From a virus (taxonomy: Duplodnaviria > Caudoviricetes), in IMG/VR virus record IMGVR_UViG_3300028586_000799, positions 1 through 52,934 of that record: 52,934 nucleotides of DNA; one strand, written 5' to 3'. The translations under genes and the position numbers were made by a program. The notes beneath the pieces are model-generated. The model did no database searches, was not told the origin of the DNA, and saw only the letters and a program-made list of their open reading frames with translations. Shown here one piece after another: positions 47,381-52,934 of this stretch. Each line of letters opens with the position of its first letter. Within the stretch, counting starts at the first letter, position 1.

Positions 47381-48736
47381 ATGAAAAACCTATGTAATTA
47401 CATTTTAGCACTGATGCTTGCTGTCAGCTTCAGCCAGTGCACGCCATCTGGCAACAATTCCAGTACCCAGCCGATTGATACGGCTACTATTCTCGAACCA
47501 CCTGTCTACGTGCAGCCGATGCCAGAACCGGAGCCGCCGATCATGGTTGAGCCTTCGCCTGATCCACCAAAAGAAGTTGAAGTGCCTGCACCTGATGTTC
47601 CCGACACCAATGTCGGAGAGATACCGGAGCCGCCAAAGCAAGAACCCGTAAAGCCTGAACCGGTGATTGAGGTTAAACCTACGCCGGTACCAGTGGAAGT
47701 ACCTAAGCCGGTTGAAATACCTAAGCCTGTAGAAACCAAACCGGATCCTGTAGTCGTTCCAGCACCAAAGCCTGATCCTAAGCCACAACCTCCAGTAGCT
47801 AAAACCTTAAAAGATTCTCCGATCACCTGGGGTGTAGCGTTCAAGGAAAGTGACCTGAACAAGCAAAAGGTCATTGATGAGACGTACAAGCACTTCAGGT
47901 CTGTAACAGCCGAGAACGGAATGAAGGCTGGTAAGGTGCAAAAGAAAGAGGGTGTATTTGATTTTAAGGAAGGCAAAGCACTTGTAAAGATTGCCAAAGC
48001 AAAGAACTTACGTGTTCATGCACACGCCTGCTTCATCTGGCCTTCGCAAGAAAAGAACCAACCCGAACTCCGGCATGAAGCAGCGAAGGACAGAAACAAG
48101 TACATCGCTCTACTCAAGAATACCGTACAGACCTACGTCCGCACCTTCAAGGGTGACATTACCGGCATAGACATTATCAATGAAGCATACGAGAACAACG
48201 GAAAGCTTAGGCCTTGCTACGCTTTAACCCACATGGGTGAAAATTACCCTGAGCAGATTGCAAAGTGGGTGAAGGAGGTTGATACTGAAGTTAAAATCTT
48301 CATAAGCGACTACGACTTTGAAACGCTAAGCCATAAGGCAACGGTTGTAATCAAGTATGCTGGTGATCTTAGAAAGAAGGGCCTGGTTGATGGGATTAGC
48401 TCTCAGATGCATACTGGCATGGGTATGAGCTATAAGGACTTTAAAAAGCGTCTTGATGAAATGGCTAAGCAAAACCTGCTTGTTCATATTTCAGAACTCG
48501 ACATTAAAGCTAAGGTTACGGTACCTGAAGCAGACCGGGCCGCGAAGTTCAAGGAGATTGCATCAGGTTTCCGTACACTACCAGCACCCCTCCAATACGG
48601 CATCACCGTTTGGTCGCATATCCATGAAGGTAATTTCCTAAATTACAAGAAAGATCCGGCAGCGTATGCACCGGTGATTTTTAATAAGCAATACGATGGT
48701 GGACTTGTACTTGACGCGATACTGCAGGTGAAGTAG
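47381..48736 (+). CDS. Putative lipoprotein: Pro-rich stalk plus GH10 glycosidase domain
   Basis: Signal peptide ending FSQ-C; ~100 aa P/E/V/K-rich; TAENGMK, DIINE, SDYDFE, GISSQMH, ISELD, ITVW. Confidence 0.85.
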   Translation: MKNLCNYILALMLAVSFSQCTPSGNNSSTQPIDTATILEPPVYVQPMPEPEPPIMVEPSPDPPKEVEVPAPDVPDTNVGEIPEPPKQEPVKPEPVIEVKPTPVPVEVPKPVEIPKPVETKPDPVVVPAPKPDPKPQPPVAKTLKDSPITWGVAFKESDLNKQKVIDETYKHFRSVTAENGMKAGKVQKKEGVFDFKEGKALVKIAKAKNLRVHAHACFIWPSQEKNQPELRHEAAKDRNKYIALLKNTVQTYVRTFKGDITGIDIINEAYENNGKLRPCYALTHMGENYPEQIAKWVKEVDTEVKIFISDYDFETLSHKATVVIKYAGDLRKKGLVDGISSQMHTGMGMSYKDFKKRLDEMAKQNLLVHISELDIKAKVTVPEADRAAKFKEIASGFRTLPAPLQYGITVWSHIHEGNFLNYKKDPAAYAPVIFNKQYDGGLVLDAILQVK

Positions 48737-48761
48737 AGAAACGAGCTTAAATGAACAACGG

Positions 48762-48791
48762 AAAGAGACAATTAGCACTTGTCTCTTTTTT
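48762..48791 (+). terminator. Intrinsic terminator at end of tail operon
   Basis: AAAGAGACAA-TTAGCAC-TTGTCTCTTTTTT. Confidence 0.7.
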
Positions 48792-48858
48792 AATGCCTTA
48801 CGTTTTCGGATTCGTAAAGGATTAAAATCCAGTGCCCTTCAGCTGGGCGGTAAATTTG
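48792..48858 (+). promoter_or_regulatory. Late-promoter palindrome copy 2 plus -7 box (lysis operon)
   Basis: AATGCCTTACG-N10-CGTAAAGGATT, then TAAATTTG at 48851. Confidence 0.65.
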
Positions 48859-48876
48859 TACATCAAGATTAGGTGT

Positions 48877-49464
48877 ATGGCAAATTTTAAGATTGCAGAG
48901 ATTTTAACGGGAATAAATGAAGGCGGATATGCGAACAACCCTGCTGATCGAGGCGGTGAAACCTTCGCCGGCATCGCTCGAAAGTTTTGGCCTAAATGGG
49001 AGGGATGGAAGAAGATCGACGCATATAAAGCCGAATATCCAAAGCTAAGCCCTGCATTAAAGAAGCGTTTCACATTAGCCAAATGGATAAACAGTTCAGC
49101 GAAGGTTCCATCTGAAGGTGTTACCCAGATGATATCCGATTTTTACCGAGTAGAGTTTTGGCTAGCAAACAAGCTTGATCAGATACGTGATCAGCAGTTA
49201 GCCAACACCATATATGATTTCGGTGTAAACTCAGGTAAAGGCCGTGCGGTACAGTTTCTTGAGCAAATCTTCGGAGTTAAGAAGGACGGTATTATGGATC
49301 CTGTTGTGATTGCCCTTGCCAACAAGGCCAACGCGAAGACTATCTATAATAAATACAATGCTGCTCGTGAAGCAGCTTACAGGTCCTGGGCTGTCGGTGA
49401 TCAGGCGCAGTTCCTTAGATCATGGCTAAGCAGGTTAGAACCATATATTGAAAATGCAGCATAG
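48877..49464 (+). CDS. Endolysin, glycoside hydrolase family 108
   Basis: EGGYANNPADRGGETFAGI, YDFGVNSG, FLRSWLSR; start at MANFK. Confidence 0.9.
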   Translation: MANFKIAEILTGINEGGYANNPADRGGETFAGIARKFWPKWEGWKKIDAYKAEYPKLSPALKKRFTLAKWINSSAKVPSEGVTQMISDFYRVEFWLANKLDQIRDQQLANTIYDFGVNSGKGRAVQFLEQIFGVKKDGIMDPVVIALANKANAKTIYNKYNAAREAAYRSWAVGDQAQFLRSWLSRLEPYIENAA

Positions 49465-49789
49465 AATGGAAAGTTTAAACCCAAAGGTGACCTTCGAGCA
49501 AATACTCAAGTCACCACCAGTTTATATGATGATGGTTGCTGTAGCGATTATGTCCTTTTTCGTGCATAAGTACGGAGTTGCAAGTGACGAGCGAAACGAT
49601 GCATGTGATGCCAGGGTAGAAAGACTTGAAAGGGACAATGCCAGGATACAAATGGAGAAAGACGTGTTAACGACGGCTTTGCTTGTGAAAAACGGGATTA
49701 TTCAACAACAAGAACAAGATAAAAAGGAGTTAGACAGCGCATTACAAAAGGTTGTACCCAAGGCGCGAAAAATCTTAAAAGAACAATAA
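49448..49789 (+). CDS. Holin-like single-TM coiled-coil protein
   Basis: One TM (VYMMMVAVAIMSFFV) plus coiled coil, in the lysis cassette; true start may be 49466. Confidence 0.5.
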   Translation: MKMQHRMESLNPKVTFEQILKSPPVYMMMVAVAIMSFFVHKYGVASDERNDACDARVERLERDNARIQMEKDVLTTALLVKNGIIQQQEQDKKELDSALQKVVPKARKILKEQ

Positions 49790-49790
49790 C

Positions 49791-50588
49791 ATGAAGAGCA
49801 TCATCAGGACCATTGTAGAAATCTGCTTAATTGCTGCAGTAGCATTTCTTGGATATAAGTTAATTCAATCCGAGAAAGAAAAGAATAGCTATAAAAAGGA
49901 GAAGCAGGAAGTCTCTCAAAAGATTCAGACTGAAGCCAAGGAGATCGCACGGAAAGTTGACGAAGACGGCATAGAAACCGTTCTGCATAATATCACTGGA
50001 AATAAGGTCGGGCCGAAAAAGGCTGCTTCTGCCGGCGCCAAGATCATAGACACCACAGCAATGGCTCTTGATATACGAACCAAGCAGCTGAAACAGATTA
50101 TGTCTGTTAATGGAACCCTTGCCATGGAGAATTTACAGCTGAAAAAGCAACTCAATGCTGCAAATCGTCCATTCTATACTTATTCCGGTAATGGACTTGA
50201 TCTTCGCTTTACTCCACCATCGGGCATTGAGGCTGACACTATCGCGACAGCAGACTTTACTGCTAATGTCGGGATCACTGCAACTCAGTACTGGAAGCGT
50301 GACTGGTTCCTTGGATCCAAAAAGAGCATACTTGCTGTAAGACCGAATTCAAAGAACTTCAAGATCAATGGTGCTGAATTCGTTGAAGTCGAGCAGAAGC
50401 AACCAACATTCGGCCTACGAGTTCAGGCGAATACCTCCTACAATTTCGACACCGGAGAAATCGGTTATGGACCTGCCGTGCGCTTTGATGTTGGCAGGTT
50501 TAGCTTTCAGGGTAGATATAGTAAATTCCCGAATAACCCGAAGTGGAAGCCGAGTGTTAATGCTAGTTACGATATTCTTAGATTTTAG
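49791..50588 (+). CDS. Spanin-like protein
   Basis: N-terminal TM, coiled coil, C-terminal amphipathic beta strands ending in Phe. Confidence 0.5.
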   Translation: MKSIIRTIVEICLIAAVAFLGYKLIQSEKEKNSYKKEKQEVSQKIQTEAKEIARKVDEDGIETVLHNITGNKVGPKKAASAGAKIIDTTAMALDIRTKQLKQIMSVNGTLAMENLQLKKQLNAANRPFYTYSGNGLDLRFTPPSGIEADTIATADFTANVGITATQYWKRDWFLGSKKSILAVRPNSKNFKINGAEFVEVEQKQPTFGLRVQANTSYNFDTGEIGYGPAVRFDVGRFSFQGRYSKFPNNPKWKPSVNASYDILRF

Positions 50589-50594
50589 AGAAGG

Positions 50595-50837
50595 ATGTTA
50601 TTTGCCGACAAGCACAAATTTAAAGTAGGTGACAGGGTCATCGAAAAACATAGAAATGGACTAGGAAACATTGCTCAAGGAATTGTAGTAAGAGAGATCC
50701 TATTAAATTATGATGATGGAACATATCTGTGGTGTTATACTGATGTTGAAAAGACATCTTCGAACGTTTTCGATTCTAAAAACTCATCTGATCCGTTTCT
50801 GAGCAAATGGAAGCTCAAAAAAACTAACCCAAGCTAA
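50595..50837 (+). CDS. Small SH3-like hypothetical protein
   Basis: KFKVGDRV motif, 80 aa. Confidence 0.45.
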   Translation: MLFADKHKFKVGDRVIEKHRNGLGNIAQGIVVREILLNYDDGTYLWCYTDVEKTSSNVFDSKNSSDPFLSKWKLKKTNPS

Positions 50838-51555
50838 AACCAATATGTCCATTTCTAATTGTGCTCCCAGAAAAGGATATTCCATTTGCGGTAAAGGTAT
50901 CTTTAGTCCCACTTAAATTCCAACCTTGGTAGTACATTTGGAGCCTCTCTACTATGATGCCATGAGGTGGAACTGCTCGCAAAGCCAAACATATTCTACT
51001 AGCTCGTTCTCTAATTGTAATAAGTGGTCCAGTCACTTCGACGTCCCAGTTGCTATTGAAAGCTTTCCATTCATTTTTAATGATAAAGAGAGATTTTCCC
51101 CCAATGGAATCGTAAAACTGTCCACTTAATAAAAATTGAGTTCCAGGCTCCTCAGGTGGTTCAATAGTGAATAGCGCTTCATCTTTAATCATTATAGGAA
51201 TTTTCACTTCCTCCATTTTAATGCCACCAAAGTCAATAAACGGGGGTGTTCCCTCAAAGTCGAAATACTCACTTGAGTATCCAGCCTGCTTGCACTTTGG
51301 AAGTTCCATAGCCCGCCTAATTGTTGTAATAGACAACATGCCTCTAGTTTTCTTAGAATGGCATTGAGAGCACAAAAGTGTTATATTGGCGGGATCGTGA
51401 ACTTCAGCATCAACCCACAGTGGCTGCACGTGTTCATATTCGTATATACCTAATCCACATAATACACAGCCGAAGCCGCTATTTTGCCGGACTTGCCTTT
51501 TTGTTTCGGACGGGATTCTTCTTGAAAGACCAAATCGGTTTATCGCGTTGAGCAT
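50824..51555 (-). CDS. HNH endonuclease domain protein (moron)
   Basis: GCVLCG...YEHVQP...NITLLCSQCHSKKT plus beta-rich C-terminal domain. Confidence 0.8.
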   Translation of the reverse strand: MLNAINRFGLSRRIPSETKRQVRQNSGFGCVLCGLGIYEYEHVQPLWVDAEVHDPANITLLCSQCHSKKTRGMLSITTIRRAMELPKCKQAGYSSEYFDFEGTPPFIDFGGIKMEEVKIPIMIKDEALFTIEPPEEPGTQFLLSGQFYDSIGGKSLFIIKNEWKAFNSNWDVEVTGPLITIRERASRICLALRAVPPHGIIVERLQMYYQGWNLSGTKDTFTANGISFSGSTIRNGHIGFSLG

Positions 51556-51731
51556 TAATTAGTAATTTTTCGAAATATACGAGATGATGTATACAAAACA
51601 ATCAAGCAACTCACAATTTTCCGTAGCGATATGGTATTGATCTGCTTCTTTGGTATGCAAGCTCTATTATGCACTCAAATTGATAATAAATTTGAGTGGA
51701 CTGTATGATTAAAGTGATCTATTTTGAGCAC

Positions 51732-52934
51732 TTACCATCCTATAGTTTTCCCCCTCAATCGTGTATCCATGTGGTTCACAAGATCACGTTTATACTTGTC
51801 ATAGCTTGCCGTATCCCGGTGGCCGGTAAGGTTCATGATTTCAGCATCTGAATACCCAGCATTGAGCAGATGGGCAACTCGCGTATGTTTTAGCCCGTAG
51901 AGCGTAAAGTCATCAGACAAACCTAGTGGAGTCCTAATATCTTCTCTAAATACCCTAGTGAAGTAATTTTCACTGTGCATTTTTGAACTTACATCACCCT
52001 GGTACCCGATCACGTAGTAATTTGATGGATACTTATCAAGCTGCAGCCCTGCAAGCATTTCTGCAAGCTCATCACATATAGGTACGGTTCTGCTTTTTGT
52101 CTTCCCTACAATCTTTATGTACCGGCCAGTAATATCGACGTTCTCGATCTTCAAATGTCGGATCTCATCAGGTCGCATGCAACTGAAGTAAATAAACTTA
52201 GAGAAGAAAAGCAGCTTAGGATATTTCTCCATCTTCTGCTTTACTTTTTCAGCAACCGTGTCGCCAAAGTACTGATTCTTCATAGGCTTGGTCACCTTCT
52301 GCTCCAGCTGCTCATCATTGCCGATATAGAAGCTATCACGCGTCACCCATTTGCGCGGGTTCTTAGCAAACCAGTTCAGAAGCGTTACCCAGAAGTTGAG
52401 GTGATTGTTGTAGGTGGTGCCGTTCCACTTGTGGAGCTCCTGCAACCAGGTAAGCATGTCCTTGATAAACTTCGTATCCAGGTTATCCAGCCTGATGTCT
52501 GCAAGCTTGCATTCAAACAGGTAGTTCTCAAACTTTCCGATGTATGATCGGTAAGCATTCATCGTATCACCTGCAAGGTTCTTCTCAGCCTTGTTCGCAA
52601 GAAACTCTTTGAAAGCATTCAGCAGGGTAGGAGATTTCGGGTTCTCTTCAAGCTGTATTTGCGCTTTCACTTCATGGATCTTCTTTTCCGTGACCACATG
52701 GGCTTCAAAGGGATTGTAACCTGCTTTGAGGGATTTATTAATCTCATCTATCAACTCGTTCAGATAAGCTTCTTTCTCCTTTAAGGTATGAATGTAGTTT
52801 ACACCCTCTTTGACCTTGATGAATTTAAACTTACCAGTACCGGGATTCATGAACGAATAATAAGCATACCATTCTTCGTTCGGATCTCCGGTTTTACCTC
52901 GATATCCTTTAGCCCATTTGTACTTTTTAAGCAT
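51732..52934 (-). CDS. int: Tyrosine recombinase / phage integrase
   Basis: MRPDEI (R), GK (K), LKHTR (HxxR), TGHRD (H), YDKY (Y); N-terminal arm-like and SAM-like regions. Confidence 0.95.
   Translation of the reverse strand: MLKKYKWAKGYRGKTGDPNEEWYAYYSFMNPGTGKFKFIKVKEGVNYIHTLKEKEAYLNELIDEINKSLKAGYNPFEAHVVTEKKIHEVKAQIQLEENPKSPTLLNAFKEFLANKAEKNLAGDTMNAYRSYIGKFENYLFECKLADIRLDNLDTKFIKDMLTWLQELHKWNGTTYNNHLNFWVTLLNWFAKNPRKWVTRDSFYIGNDEQLEQKVTKPMKNQYFGDTVAEKVKQKMEKYPKLLFFSKFIYFSCMRPDEIRHLKIENVDITGRYIKIVGKTKSRTVPICDELAEMLAGLQLDKYPSNYYVIGYQGDVSSKMHSENYFTRVFREDIRTPLGLSDDFTLYGLKHTRVAHLLNAGYSDAEIMNLTGHRDTASYDKYKRDLVNHMDTRLRGKTIGW

Larger units (their letters stand above)
1..52934. mobile_element. Temperate siphovirus-like prophage / phage genome (Bacteroidota host inferred)
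   Basis: Complete modular set: integrase, antirepressor, RecT, replication, terminase, portal, capsid, tail tube, tape measure, endolysin; no tail sheath seen; att ends not identified. Confidence 0.95.

Noticed and set aside
47500-47800. Repetitive CCTAAGCC/CCGG-rich DNA resembling a tandem repeat or array
   Set aside because: Explained by codons of the Pro/Glu/Val/Lys stalk; no fixed repeat-spacer period. The antisense ORFs 47405..47788 and 47506..47997 are shadows of it
600-52547. Numerous short ORFs nested antisense or out of frame within large genes
   Set aside because: They overlap well-supported phage genes and show no motifs
1-52934. CRISPR array, diversity-generating retroelement or retron
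   Set aside because: No reverse transcriptase motif, no adenine-specific TR/VR pair and no regularly spaced repeats seen by eye

Overview
The window is an almost complete temperate siphovirus-type (pro)phage of about 53 kb. A Bacteroidota host is inferred from TAnnTTTG-type promoter boxes, AT-rich starts mostly lacking Shine-Dalgarno sites, and Bacteroidota-style lipoproteins. Gene order: early/regulatory genes (BRO-N antirepressor), recombination (RecT, RecE-like nuclease), SNF2 helicase, PcfK/PcfJ, replication initiator with internal iterons, a moron-rich middle region, terminase-portal-head-tail genes, lysis genes, an HNH moron and a tyrosine integrase on the minus strand. No clear CI-type repressor gene lies in the window. 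The most unusual signals are: (1) a GH10 (xylanase-fold) glycosidase fused to the tail-tip protein, followed directly by a second GH10 on a Pro-rich stalked lipoprotein, alongside a separate beta-helix tailspike; (2) a tRNA-Val(GAC)-like RNA with a ~65-nt two-hairpin variable arm, followed by more structured non-coding sequence; (3) a six-copy tripartite operator-like motif TATGY-N7-RCATR-N4-GCATA and a two-copy late-promoter palindrome; (4) a -1 frameshift in the tail chaperone that exposes a CxxCxGxG-type zinc-finger motif; (5) several candidate defence morons (HEPN pair, TM-Nudix, NDT-like, HNH). All product calls come from reading motifs and synteny by eye; no database searches were run.
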